From the human T2T-CHM13v2.0 reference genome, Homo sapiens: a stretch of DNA of 64,000 nucleotides. The notes beneath the pieces were generated by a model. It had not been told where the DNA came from and made no database searches. It worked only from the letters and a program-made list of their open reading frames with translations. This document shows, in pieces, positions 29,101-44,200 of the stretch (positions within the stretch are counted from its first letter, which is position 1; every line of letters starts with the position of its first letter). The stretch is from NCBI RefSeq assembly GCF_009914755.1, contig NC_060948.1; one strand, 5' to 3'. A program made the position numbers and the translations under genes.

Positions 29101-31751
29101 ATGGAATGGGAACGAATGGAATGGAATGGAAAGGAATGGAATCGAATGGAAAGGAATCGAATGGAAGGGAATGAAATTGAATCAACAGGAATGGAAGGGA
29201 ATAGAATAGACGGTAATGGAATGGACTCGAATAGAATGGACACGAATGCTCAAATTGAATGGACTCGAATGGAATGGAAACGAAAGGAATGTCATCGAAT
29301 GGAATGGAATCGATTGGAATGAAATCGCATAGAATGGAGTGGAATCAAATGGAATTGAATCGAAAGGAAAGGAAGCGAATGGACTGAAATGAAATGGAAT
29401 GGAATTGAATGGAAAGTAATGCAATGGAATAGAATGGAACGAAATTTCACGGAATGGAATCAAACTGAATGGAATCAAATCAATGGAATATAATCAAATG
29501 GAATGGAAAGGAATTGAATGGAGTAGATGGGATTGGATGGGATTGGAATGAAATGTACTGGAAAGGACTCGAATTTCATGAAACGGAATGGAATGAATTG
29601 GAACGGAATGGACTCGAATGGAATGGAATGTCATGGAATGGCATCAAATGGAATGGCATCAAATGGAATGGAATCGAATGCAATGGAATGCTATGGAATG
29701 GAATGGAATGCATTGGAATGGAATGTCCTCTAATGGAATGGATTCGAGTGGAATGGAATCGAATATAATGGAGTCGAATGAAATGGAATTGAAAGGAATG
29801 GGATCGAATACAATGGAATATACTGGAATGTAATGTAATGAACTCGAATGTAATTGACTGGAATGGAATGTACATGAATGGAATGTAATCGAATGGAAAG
29901 TAATCCAATGGAATAGAATCTAATGCAATAAAATCGACTCAGATAGAGTAGAATGTAATGGAATGGAGTGCAGTGCAATGGAATGGAATGGAATGGAATG
30001 CAATGGAGTGGAATGGAATGGGATGGAATGGTATGGAATGGATAGTAATGGACTGGAGTGAAATGGACTGGAAAGGAATGGACTCAAATTGAAAGGGCTC
30101 GAAAGGAATGGAGTCAAATGGAATGGTCTGGAATGGAATGAACACGAATGTAATGCAATCCAATAGAATGGAATCGAATGGCATGGAATATAAAGAAATG
30201 CAATCGAAGAGAATGGAAACAAACGGAATGGAATTGAATGGAATGGAATTGAATGGAATGGGAACGAATGGAGTGAAATTGTATGCAGTAGAAGAGAATA
30301 GAATGGAATGCAAGCGAAAGGAAAGGAATGGATTGGAATGGAATGGAATTCATTGGAATGGAAGGGAATGTAGTGTAATGGACAGGCCTGGAATAAAGTG
30401 GAATGCTACGGTCTCGAATGGAATAAAAATGTATGGAATGGAATGCAATGAAACGGAATCGAATGTCATAGAATGTAATGGAATGCAAAAAAATGGAATC
30501 CAAAATCATTGACTGGAAAGGCTGGGTGTCGAAAGGAATTGACTCCAATGGAATGGAATCGAATGGAATGGAAGTGAATAGAATCGAACTAAATCGAATG
30601 GAATGGAATTGATAGGAACGGAATGGAAAGGAATGCAATGATTTGGCATGGAATGGAATCGAATGGCATCGAATGGAATGGAATGGAATGCAATGGAATG
30701 GAATGTATTAGAATGTAATGAACTTTAATGGAATGTACTCGAATGGATTCGACTGGAATGGAATGTTCTGGAAGTGAATGGACTCCAATGGAATGGATTG
30801 AAAAGGAATGGAATCGTACGGAATGGAATCTAATGGAATGGAATTAAATGGAAATGAATCAAATTGAATAGCACGAAATTGAATTGAATGGAATCGAATG
30901 CAATGGAATCTAATGAAATGGAAAGGAAAGGAATGGAATGGAATGGGCTGGAATGGAAAGGAATCGAAACGAATGGAATGGAATCGAACTGAGGAGACTG
31001 GAATGGAATACACTTCAATGGAAGGGAATGTAATGGAAGGTTCTCGAAAAAAATGGAAACGAATGGAATGGAATTGAATGGAACGGAATAGAGTCGAATG
31101 GAATTGAATGGAATGGAATGGACTAGAGTGAAATGGAATCGAACCACAAGGAATGGACAGGAATAGAATGGTCTCGAATTGAACGGAATCGTATGGAATG
31201 GCATCAAACGGAATGGAATGGACAGCCACGGAATGGAATGCACTCGAATGCAATGGAGTCGAAACTAATGGACTGGAATAGAATGGACTCGACTGGTACG
31301 GACTCCAATGGAATGGAATCGAATGGAAGGGAATCGAACGGAATGGACTCGAAGGGAAAAGACTGCAATGGAAAGGTCTCGAATGGAATGGAAATTAATG
31401 GAATGGAATGGAATCGAATGAAATGGAGTCAAAAGGAATGGAATCGAATGGCAAGAAATCGAATGTAATGGAATCGCAAGGAATTGATGTGAATGGAACG
31501 GAATGGAATGGAATCCAAAGAAATGGAATAGAATGGAATGGAATCGAATGGAAAGGACTCGAATGGAAATCACTCGAATAGAATGCAATTTAATAAAATA
31601 GGATGAAATGTAATGGAATGGAATGGAAAGGAATCGAAACGAAAGGAATGGAGACAGATGGAATGGAATGGAACAGAGAGCAATGGTATAGAATGGAATG
31701 GAATCATCTGGAATGGAATTGAATGGAATGGAATAATATGAAATGGAATGG
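14107..31751 (+). repeat. DYZ1 units U5-U9 (5 x 3529 bp; starts 14107, 17636, 21165, 24694, 28223)
   Basis: Constant 3529 spacing of landmarks. Variant pattern alternates, with U5~U7 and U6~U8. Confidence 0.9.
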
Positions 31752-34700
31752 AATGGAATGGAATGCCCTTGAATTAAATGGACTGGAATGGAATGGACTC
31801 GAACAGAGTGGAATGGAAAGTGTTGAGATAGAATGGAATGGACTCGTTGGGAATGGTCTAGTATGCAATGCAATCGACTGGCAGGGAATCAAAAGGAATG
31901 TAATCGAATGGATTGGACTGGAATGCAATGGACTCGAATAGATTGGAAACGGAATGCAAAGGAATGGAATGGAATAGTATGGAATGGAATGGAAAGGAAT
32001 GGAGTGGAATAGACTAGAGTGGAATGGAATGGACTCGAAAGCAATGGACTGGAATGGAACTTTCTTGAATGGACTGGAATCAAACGGAATGGAATGCAAT
32101 GCAATCAAATGGCATGGAATAAAATAGAATGAAAGAGAATCAAATGGAATGGAATCGAATGGAATCGAATGGATTGGAAAGGAATAGAATGGAATGGAAT
32201 GGAATTGATTCAAATGGAATGGACTAGAATGGAATGGATTCGAATGGAAGGCAAAGGAATGGAATCTATTGGAATGGACTGCAATGGAATGGAATGGAAG
32301 GGATTGGAATGGACTCGAATGGAATGGACTGCAATAGAAAGGATTCGAATGGCATGAAAAAGAATTGAATGGAATAGAACAGAATGGAATCAAATCGAAT
32401 GAAATGGAATGGAATAGAAAGGAATGGAATGAAATGGAATGGAAAGGATTCGAATGGAATGCAATCGAATGGAATGGAATCGAACGGAATGGAATAAAAT
32501 GGAAGCAAACTGGCAAGAAATGGAATCGAAATGAATGGAGTGTTATGGATCGGACTCAAAATGAATTGAATGTAATAGAATGGAGTGGAGTGGACTCGAA
32601 TATAATGGACTGGAATGGAATGAAATCACATGGAATGGGAACGAATGGAATGGAATGGAAAGGAATGGAATCGAATGGAAAGGAATCGAATGGAAGGGAA
32701 TGAAATTGAATCAACAGGAATGGAAGGGAATAGAATAGACGGTAATGGAATGGACTCGAATAGAATGGACACGAATGCTCAAATTGAATGGACTCGAATG
32801 GAATGGAAACGAAAGGAATGTCATCGAATGGAATGGAATCGATTGGAATGAAATCGCATAGAATGGAGTGGAATCAAATGGAATTGAATCGAAAGGAAAG
32901 GAAGCGAATGGACTGAAATGAAATGGAATGGAATTGAATGGAAAGTAATGCAATGGAATAGAGTGGAACGAAATTTCACGGAATGGAATCAAACTGAATG
33001 GAATCAAATCAATGGAATATAATCAAATGGAATGGAAAGGAATTGAATGGAGTAGATGGGATTGGATGGGATTGGAATGAAATGTACTGGAAAGGACTCG
33101 AATTTCATGAAACGGAATGGAATGAATTGGAACGGAATGGACTCGAATGGAATGGAATGTCATGGAATGGCATCAAAAGGAATGGCATCAAATGGAATGG
33201 AATCGAATGCAATGGAATGCTATGGAATGGAATGGAATGCATTGGAATGGAATGTCCTCTAATGGAATGGATTCGAGTGGAATGGAATCGAATATAATGG
33301 AGTCGAATGAAATGGAATTGAAAGGAATGGGATCGAATACAATGGAATATACTGGAATGTAATGTAATGAACTCGAATGTAATTGACTGGAATGGAATGT
33401 ACATGAATGGAATGTAGTCGAATGGAAAGTAATCCAATGGAATAGAATCTAATGCAATAAAATCGACTCAGATAGAGTAGAATGTAATGGAATGGAGTGC
33501 AGTGCAATGGAATGGAATGGAATGCAATGGAATGGAATGGAATGGGATGGAATGCTATGGAATGGATAGTAATGGACTGGAGTGAAATGGACTGGAAAGG
33601 AATGGACTCAAATTGAAAGGGCTCGAAAGGAATGGAGTCAAATGGAATGGTCTGGAATGGAATGAACACGAATGTAATGCAATCCAATAGAATGGAATCG
33701 AATGGCATGGAATATAAAGAAATGCAATCGAAGAGAATGGAAACAAACGGAATGGAATTGAATGGAATGGAATTGAATGGAATGGGAACGAATGGAGTGA
33801 AATTGTATGCAGTAGAAGAGAATAGAATGGAACGCAAGCGAAAGGAAAGGAATGGATTGGAATGGAATGGAATTCATTGGAATGGAAGGGAATGTAGTGT
33901 AATGGACAGGCCTGGAATAAAGTGGAATGCTACGGTCTCGAATGGAATAAAAATGTATGGAATGGAATGCAATGAAACGGAATCGAATGTCATAGAATGT
34001 AATGGAATGCAAAAAAATGGAATCCAAAATCATTGACTGGAAAGGCTGGGTGTCGAAAGGAATTGACTCCAATGGAATGGAATCGAATGGAATGGAAGTG
34101 AATAGAATCCAACTAAATCGAATGGAATGGAATTGATAGGAACGGAATGGAAAGGAATGCAATGATTTGGCATGGAATGGAATCGAATGGCATCGAATGG
34201 AATGGAATGGAATGCAATGCAATGGAATGTATTAGAATGTAATGAACTTTAATGGAATGTACTCGAATGGATTCGACTGGAATGGAATGTTCTGGAAGTG
34301 AATGGACTCCAATGGAATGGATTGAAAAGGAATGGAATCGTACGGAATGGAATCTAATGGAATGGAATTAAATGGAAATGAATCAAATTGAATAGCACGA
34401 AATTGAATTGAATGTAATCGAATGCAATGGAATCTAATGAAATGGAAAGGAAAGGAATGGAATGGAATGGGCTGGAATGGAAAGGAATCGAAACGAATGG
34501 AATGGAATCGAACTGAGGAGACTGGAATGGAATACACTTCAATGGAAGGGAATGTAATGGAAGGTTCTCGAAAAAAATGGAAACGAATGGAATGGAATTG
34601 AATGGAACGGAATAGAGTCGAATGGAATTGAATGGAATGGAATGGACTAGAGTGAAATGGAATCGAACCACAAGGAATGGACAGGAATAGAATGGTCTCG

Positions 34701-35275
34701 AATTGAACGGAATCGTATGGAATGGCATCAAACGGAATGGAATGGACAGCCACGGAATGGAATGCACTCGAATGCAATGGAGTCGAAACTAATGGACTGG
34801 AATAGAATGGACTCGACTGGTACGGACTCCAATGGAATGGAATCGAATGGAAGGGAATCGAACGGAATGGACTCGAAGGGAAAAGACTGCAATGGAAAGG
34901 TCTCGAATGGAATGGAAATTAATGGAATGGAATGGAATCGAATGAAATGGAGTCAAAAGGAATGGAATCGAATGGCAAGAAATCGAATGTAATGGAATCG
35001 CAAGGAATTGATGTGAACGGAACGGAATGGAATGGAATCCAAAGAAATGGAATAGAATGGAATGGAATCGAATGGAAAGGACTCGAATGGAAATCACTCG
35101 AATAGAATGCAATTTAATAAAATAGGATGAAATGTAATGGAATGGAATGGAAAGGAATCGAAACGAAAGGAATGGAGACAGATGGAATGGAATGGAACAG
35201 AGAGCAATGGTATAGAATGGAATGGAATCATCTGGAATGGAATTGAATGGAATGGAATAATATGAAATGGAATGG
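31752..35275 (+). repeat. DYZ1 unit U10 (3524 bp; mosaic)
   Basis: (GGAAT)3 at 33509-33523. The left part carries U2/U3 alleles and the right part carries U11 alleles. Confidence 0.9.
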
Positions 35276-38200
35276 AATGGAATGGAATGCCCTTGAATTA
35301 AATGGACTGGAATGGAATGGACTCGAACAGAGTGGAATGGAAAGTGTTGAGATAGAATGGAATGGACTCGTTTGGAATGGTCTAGTATGCAATACAATCG
35401 ACTGGCAGGGAATCAAAAGGAATGTAATCGAATGGATTGGACTGGAATGCAATGGACTCGAATAGATTGGAAACGGAATGCAAAGGAATGGAATGGAATA
35501 GTATGGAATGGAATGGAAAGGAATGGAGTGGAATAGACTAGAGTGGAATGGAATGGACTCGAAAGCAATGGACTGGAATGGAACTTTCTTGAATGGACTG
35601 GAATCAAACGGAATGGAATGCAATGCAATCAAATGGCATGTAATAAAATAGAATGAAAGAGAATCAAATGGAATGGAATCGAATGGAATCGAATGGATTG
35701 GAAAGGAATAGAATGGAATGGAATGGAATTGATTCAAATGGAATGGACTAGAATGGAATGGATTCGAATGGAAGGCAAAGGAATGGAATCTATTGGAATG
35801 GACTGCAATGGAATGGAATGGAAGGGATTGGAATGGACTCGAATGGAATGGACTGCAATAGAAAGGATTCGAATGGCATGAAAAAGAATTGAATGGAATA
35901 GAACAGAATGGAATCAAATCGAATGAAATGGAATGGAATAGAAAGGAATGGAATGAAATGGAATGGAAAGGATTCGAATGGAATGCAATCGAATGGAATG
36001 GAATCGAAAGGAATGGAATAAAATGGAAGCAAACTGGCAAGAAATGGAATCGAAATGAATGGAGTGTTATGGATCGGACTCAAAATGAATTGAATGTAAT
36101 AGAATGGAGTGGAGTGGACTCGAATATAATGGACTGGAATGGAATGAAATCACATGGAATGGGAACGAATGGAATGGAATGGAAAGGAATGGAATCGAAT
36201 GGAAAGGAATCGAATGGAAGGGAATGAAATTGAATCAACAGGAATGGAAGGGAATAGAATAGACGGTAATGGAATGGACTCGAATAGAATGGACACGAAT
36301 GCTCAAATTGAATGGACTCGAATGGAATGGAAACGAAAGGAATGTCATCGAATGGAATGGAATCGATTGGAATGAAATCGCATAGAATGGAGTGGAATCA
36401 AATGGAATTGAATCGAAAGGAAAGGAAGCGAATGGACTGAAATGAAATGGAATGGAATTGAATGGAAAGTAATGCAATGGAATAGAATGGAACGAAATTT
36501 CACGGAATGGAATCAAACTGAATGGAATCAAATCAATGGAATATAATCAAATGGAATGGAAAGGAATTGAATGGAGTAGATGGGATTGGATGGGATTGGA
36601 ATGAAATGTACTGGAAAGGACTCGAATTTCATGAAACGGAATGGAATGAATTGGAACGGAATGGACTCGAATGGAATGGAATGTCATGGAATGGCATCAA
36701 ATGGAATGGCATCAAATGGAATGGAATCGAATGCAATGGAATGCTATGGAATGGAATGGAATGCATTGGAATGGAATGTCCTCTAATGGAATGGATTCGA
36801 GTGGAATGGAATCGAATATAATGGAGTCGAATGAAATGGAATTGAAAGGAATGGGATCGAATACAATGGAATATACTGGAATGTAATGTAATGAACTCGA
36901 ATGTAATTGACTGGAATGGAATGTACATGAATGGAATGTAATCGAATGGAAAGTAATCCAATGGAATAGAATCTAATGCAATAAAATCGACTCAGATAGA
37001 GTAGAATGTAATGGAATGGAGTGCAGTGCAATGGAATGGAATGGAATGGAATGAAATGGAGTGGAATGGAATGGGATGGAATGGTATGGAATGGATAGTA
37101 ATGGACTGGAGTGAAATGGACTGGAAAGGAATGGACTCATATTGAAAGGGCTCGAAAGGAATGGAGTCAAATGGAATGGTCTGGAATGGAATGAACACGA
37201 ATGTAATGCAATCCAATAGAATGGAATCGAATGGCATGGAATATAAAGAAATGCAATCGAAGAGAATGGAAACAAACGGAATGGAATTGAATGGAATGGA
37301 ATTGAATGGAATGGGAACGAATGGAGTGAAATTGTATGCAGTAGAAGAGAATAGAATGGAACGCAAGCGAAAGGAAAGGAATGGATTGGAATGGAATGGA
37401 ATTCATTGGAATGGAAGGGAATGTAGTGTAATGGACAGGCCTGGAATAAAGTGGAATGCTACGGTCTCGAATGGAATAAAAATGTATGGAATGGAATGCA
37501 ATGAAACGGAATCGAATGTCATAGAATGTAATGGAATGCAAAAAAATGGAATCCAAAATCATTGACTGGAAAGGCTGGGTGTCGAAAGGAATTGACTCCA
37601 ATGGAATGGAATCGAATGGAATGGAAGTGAATAGAATCCAACTAAATCGAATGGAATGGAATTGATAGGAACGGAATGGAAAGGAATGCAATGATTTGGC
37701 ATGGAATGGAATCGAATGGCATCGAATGGAATGGAATGGAATGCAATGCAATGGAATGTATTAGAATGTAATGAACTTTAATGGAATGTACTCGAATGGA
37801 TTCGACTGGAATGGAATGTTCTGGAAGTGAATGGACTCCAATGGAATGGATTGAAAAGGAATGGAATCGTACGGAATGGAATCTAATGGAATGGAATTAA
37901 ATGGAAATGAATCAAATTGAATAGCACGAAATTGAATTGAATGTAATCGAATGCAATGGAATCTAATGAAATGGAAAGGAAAGGAATGGAATGGAATGGG
38001 CTGGAATGGAAAGGAATCGAAACGAATGGAATGGAATCGAACTGAGGAGACTGGAATGGAATACACTTCAATGGAAGGGAATGTAATGGAAGGTTCTCGA
38101 AAAAAATGGAAACGAATGGAATGGAATTGAATGGAACGGAATAGAGTCGAATGGAATTGAATGGAATGGAATGGACTAGAGTGAAATGGAATCGAACCAC

Positions 38201-41200
38201 AAGGAATGGACAGGAATAGAATGGTCTCGAATTGAACGGAATCGTATGGAATGGCATCAAACGGAATGGAATGGACAGCCACGGAATGGAATGCACTCGA
38301 ATGCAATGGAGTCGAAACTAATGGACTGGAATAGAATGGACTCGACTGGTACGGACTCCAATGGAATGGAATCGAATGGAAGGGAATCGAACGGAATGGA
38401 CTCGAAGGGAAAAGACTGCAATGGAAAGGTCTCGAATGGAATGGAAATTAATGGAATGGAATGGAATCGAATGAAATGGAGTCAAAAGGAATGGAATCGA
38501 ATGGCAAGAAATCGAATGTAATGGAATCGCAAGGAATTGATGTGAACGGAACGGAATGGAATGGAATCCAAAGAAATGGAATAGAATGGAATGGAATCGA
38601 ATGGAAAGGACTCGAATGGAAATCACTCGAATAGAATGCAATTTAATAAAATAGGATGAAATGTAATGGAATGGAATGGAAAGGAATCGAAACGAAAGGA
38701 ATGGAGACAGATGGAATGGAATGGAACAGAGAGCAATGGTATAGAATGGAATGGAATCATCTGGAATGGAATTGAATGGAATGGAATAATATGAAATGGA
38801 ATGGAATGGAATGGAATGCCCTTGAATTAAATGGACTGGAATGGAATGGACTCGAACAGAGTGGAATGGAAAGTGTTGAGATAGAATGGAATGGACTCGT
38901 TTGGAATGGTCTAGTATGCAATACAATCGACTGGCAGGGAATCAAAAGGAATGTAATCGAATGGATTGGACTGGAATGCAATGGACTCGAATAGATTGGA
39001 AACGGAATGCAAAGGAATGGAATGGAATAGTATGGAATGGAATGGAAAGGAATGGAGTGGAATAGACTAGAGTGGAATGGAATGGACTCGAAAGCAATGG
39101 ACTGGAATGGAACTTTCTTGAATGGACTGGAATCAAACGGAATGGAATGCAATGCAATCAAATGGCATGTAATAAAATAGAATGAAAGAGAATATAATGG
39201 AATGGAATCGAATGGAATCGAATGGATTGGAAAGGAATAGAATGGAATGGAATGGAATTGATTCAAATGGAATGGACTAGAATGGAATGGATTCGAATGG
39301 AAGGCAAAGGAATGGAATCTATTGGAATGGACTGCAATGGAATGGAATGGAAGGGATTGGAATGGACTCGAATGGAATGGACTGCAATAGAAAGGATTCG
39401 AATGGCATGAAAAAGAATTGAATGGAATAGAACAGAATGGAATCAAATCGAATGAAATGGAATGGAATAGAAAGGAATGGAATGAAATGGAATGGAAAGG
39501 ATTCGAATGGAATGCAATCGAATGGAATGGAATCGAAAGGAATGGAATAAAATGGAAGCAAACTGGCAAGAAATGGAATCGAAATGAATGGAGTGTTATG
39601 GATCGGACTCAAAATGAATTGAATGTAATAGAATGGAGTGGAGTGGACTCGAATATAATGGACTGGAATGGAATGAAATCACATGGAATGGGAACGAATG
39701 GAATGGAATGGAAAGGAATGGAATCGAATGGAAAGGAATCGAATGGAAGGGAATGAAATTGAATCAACAGGAATGGAAGGGAATAGAATAGACGGTAATG
39801 GAATGGACTCGAATAGAATGGACACGAATGCTCAAATTGAATGGACTCGAATGGAATGGAAACGAAAGGAATGTCATCGAATGGAATGGAATCGATTGGA
39901 ATGAAATCGCATAGAATGGAGTGGAATCAAATGGAATTGAATCGAAAGGAAAGGAAGCGAATGGACTGAAATGAAATGGAATGGAATTGAATGGAAAGTA
40001 ATGCAATGGAATAGAATGGAACGAAATTTCACGGAATGGAATCAAACTGAATGGAATCAAATCAATGGAATATAATCAAATGGAATGGAAAGGAATTGAA
40101 TGGAGTAGATGGGATTGGATGGGATTGGAATGAAATGTACTGGAAAGGACTCGAATTTCATGAAACGGAATGGAATGAATTGGAACGGAATGGACTCGAA
40201 TGGAATGGAATGTCATGGAATGGCATCAAATGGAATGGCATCAAATGGAATGGAATCGAATGCAATGGAATGCTATGGAATGGAATGGAATGCATTGGAA
40301 TGGAATGTCCTCCAATGGAATGGATTCGAGTGGAATGGAATCGAATATAATGGAGTCGAATGAAATGGAATTGAAAGGAATGGGATCGAATACAATGGAA
40401 TATACTGGAATGTAATGTAATGAACTCGAATGTAATTGACTGGAATGGAATGTACATGAATGGAATGTAATCGAATGGAAAGTAATCCAATGGAATAGAA
40501 TCTAATGCAATAAAATCGACTCAGATAGAGTAGAATGTAATGGAATGGAGTGCAGTGCAATGGAATGGAATGGAATGGAATGAAATGGAGTGGAATGGAA
40601 TGGGATGGAATGGTATGGAATGGATAGTAATGGACTGGAGTGAAATGGACTGGAAAGGAATGGACTCATATTGAAAGGGCTCGAAAGGAATGGAGTCAAA
40701 TGGAATGGTCTGGAATGGAATGAACACGAATGTAATGCAATCCAATAGAATGGAATCGAATGGCATGGAATATAAAGAAATGCAATCGAAGAGAATGGAA
40801 ACAAACGGAATGGAATTGAATGGAATGGAATTGAATGGAATGGGAACGAATGGAGTGAAATTGTATGCAGTAGAAGAGAATAGAATGGAACGCAAGCGAA
40901 AGGAAAGGAATGGATTGGAATGGAATGGAATTCATTGGAATGGAAGGGAATGTAGTGTAATGGACAGGCCTGGAATAAAGTGGAATGCTACGGTCTCGAA
41001 TGGAATAAAAATGTATGGAATGGAATGCAATGAAACGGAATCGAATGTCATAGAATGTAATGGAATGCAAAAAAATGGAATCCAAAATCATTGACTGGAA
41101 AGGCTGGGTGTCGAAAGGAATTGACTCCAATGGAATGGAATCGAATGGAATGGAAGTGAATAGAATCGAACTAAATCGAATGGAATGCAATTGATAGGAA

Positions 41201-44200
41201 CGGAATGGAAAGGAATGCAATGATTTGGCATGGAATGGAATCGAATGGCATCGAATGGAATGGAATGGAATGCAATGGAATGGAATGTATTAGAATGTAA
41301 TGAACTTTAATGGAATGTACTCGAATGGATTCGACTGGAATGGAATGTTCTGGAAGTGAATGGACTCCAATGGAATGGATTGAAAAGGAATGGAATCGTA
41401 CGGAATGTAATCTAATGGAATGGAATTAAATGGAAATGAATCAAATTGAATAGCACGAAATTGAATTGAATGGAATCGAATGCAATGGAATCTAATGAAA
41501 TGGAAAGGAAAGGAATGGAATGGAATGGGCTGGAATGGAAAGGAATCGAAACGAATGGAATGGAATCGAACTGAGGAGACTGGAATGGAATACACTTCAA
41601 TGGAAGGGAATGTAATGAAAGGTTCTCGAAAAAAATGGAAACGAATGGAATGGAATTGAATGGAACGGAATAGAGTCGAATGGAATTGAATGGAATGGAA
41701 TGGACTAGAGTGAAATGGAATCGAACCACAAGGAATGGACAGGAATAGAATGGTCTCGAATTGAACGGAATCGTATGGAATGGCATCAAACGGAATGGAA
41801 TGGACAGCCACGGAATGGAATGCACTCGAATGCAATGGAGTCGAAACTAATGGACTGGAATAGAATGGACTCGACTGGTACGGACTCCAATGGAATGGAA
41901 TCGAATGGAAGGGAATCGAACGGAATGGACTCGAAGGGAAAAGACTGCAATGGAAAGGTCTCGAATGGAATGGAAATTAATGGAATGGAATGGAATCGAA
42001 TGAAATGGAGTCAAAAGGAATGGAATCGAATGGCAAGAAATCGAATGTAATGGAATCGCAAGGAATTGATGTGAACGGAACGGAATGGAATGGAATCCAA
42101 AGAAATGGAATAGAATGGAATGGAATCGAATGGAAAGGACTCGAATGGAAATCACTCGAATAGAATGCAATTTAATAAAATAGGATGAAATGTAATGGAA
42201 TGGAATGGAAAGGAATCGAAACGAAAGGAATGGAGACAGATGGAATGGAATGGAACAGAGAGCAATGGTATAGAATGGAATGGAATCATCTGGAATGGAA
42301 TTGAATGGAATGGAATAATATGAAATGGAATGGAATGGAATGGAATGCCCTTGAATTAAATGGACTGGAATGGAATGGACTCGAACAGAGTGGAATAGAA
42401 AGTGTTGAGATAGAATGGAATGGACTCGTTGGGAATGGTCTAGTATGCAATGCAATCGACTGGCAGGGAATCAAAAGGAATGTAATCGAATGGATTGGAC
42501 TGGAATGCAATGGACTCGAATAGATTGGAAACGGAATGCAAAGGAATGGAATGGAATAGTATGGAATGGAATGGAAAGGAATGGAGTGGAATAGACTAGA
42601 GTGGAATGGAATGGACTCGAAAGCAATGGACTGGAATGGAACTTTCTTGAATGGACTGGAATCAAACGGAATGGAATGCAATGCAATCAAATGGCATGGA
42701 ATAAAATAGAATGAAAGAGAATCAAATGGAATGGAATCGAATGGAATCGAATGGATTGGAAAGGAATAGAATGGAATGGAATGGAATTGATTCAAATGGA
42801 ATGGACTAGAATGGAATGGATTCGAATGGAAGGCAAAGGAATGGAATCTACTGGAATGGACTGCAATGGAATGGAATGGAAGGGATTGGAATGGACTCGA
42901 ATGGAATGGACTGCAATAGAAAGGATTCGAATGGCATGAAAAAGAATTGAATGGAATAGAACAGAATGGAATCAAATCGAATGAAATGGAATGGAATAGA
43001 AAGGAATGGAATGAAATGGAATGGAAAGGATTCGAATGGAATGCAATCGAATGGAATGGAATCGAACGGAATGGAATAAAATGGAAGCAAACTGGCAAGA
43101 AATGGAATCGAAATGAATGGAGTGTTATGGATCGGACTCAAAATGAATTGAATGTAATAGAATGGAGTGGAGTGGACTCGAATATAATGGACTGGAATGG
43201 AATGAAATCACATGGAATGGGAACGAATGGAATGGAATGGAAAGGAATGGAATCGAATGGAAAGGAATCGAATGGAAGGGAATGAAATTGAATCAACAGG
43301 AATGGAAAGGAATAGAATAGACGGTAATGGAATGGACTCGAATAGAATGGACACGAATGCTCAAATTGAATGGACTCGAATGGAATGGAAACGAAAGGAA
43401 TGTCATCGAATGGAATGGAATCGATTGGAATGAAATCGCATAGAATGGAGTGGAATCAAATGGAATTGAATCGAAAGGAAAGGAAGCGAATGGACTGAAA
43501 TGAAATGGAATGGAATTGAATGGAAAGTAATGCAATGGAATAGAATGGAACGAAATTTCACGGAATGGAATCAAACTGAATGGAATCAAATCAATGGAAT
43601 ATAATCAAATGGAATGGAAAGGAATTGAATGGAGTAGATGGGATTGGATGGGATTGGAATGAAATGTACTGGAAAGGACTCGAATTTCATGAAACGGAAT
43701 GGAATGAATTGGAACGGAATGGACTCGAATGGAATGGAATGTCATGGAATGGCATCAAATGGAATGGCATCAAATGGAATGGAATCGAATGCAATGGAAT
43801 GCTATGGAATGGAATGGAATGCATTGGAATGGAATGTCCTCTAATGGAATGGATTCGAGTGGAATGGAATCGAATATAATGGAGTCGAATGAAATGGAAT
43901 TGAAAGGAATGGGATCGAATACAATGGAATATACTGGAATGTAATGTAATGAACTCGAATGTAATTGACTGGAATGGAATGTACATGAATGGAATGTAAT
44001 CGAATGGAAAGTAATCCAATGGAATAGAATCTAATGCAATAAAATCGACTCAGATAGAGTAGAATGTAATGGAATGGAGTGCAGTGCAATGGAATGGAAT
44101 GGAATGGAACGCAATGGAATGGAATGGAATGGGATGGAATGGTATGGAATGGATAGTAATGGACTGGAGTGAAATGGACTGGAAAGGAATGGACTCAAAT

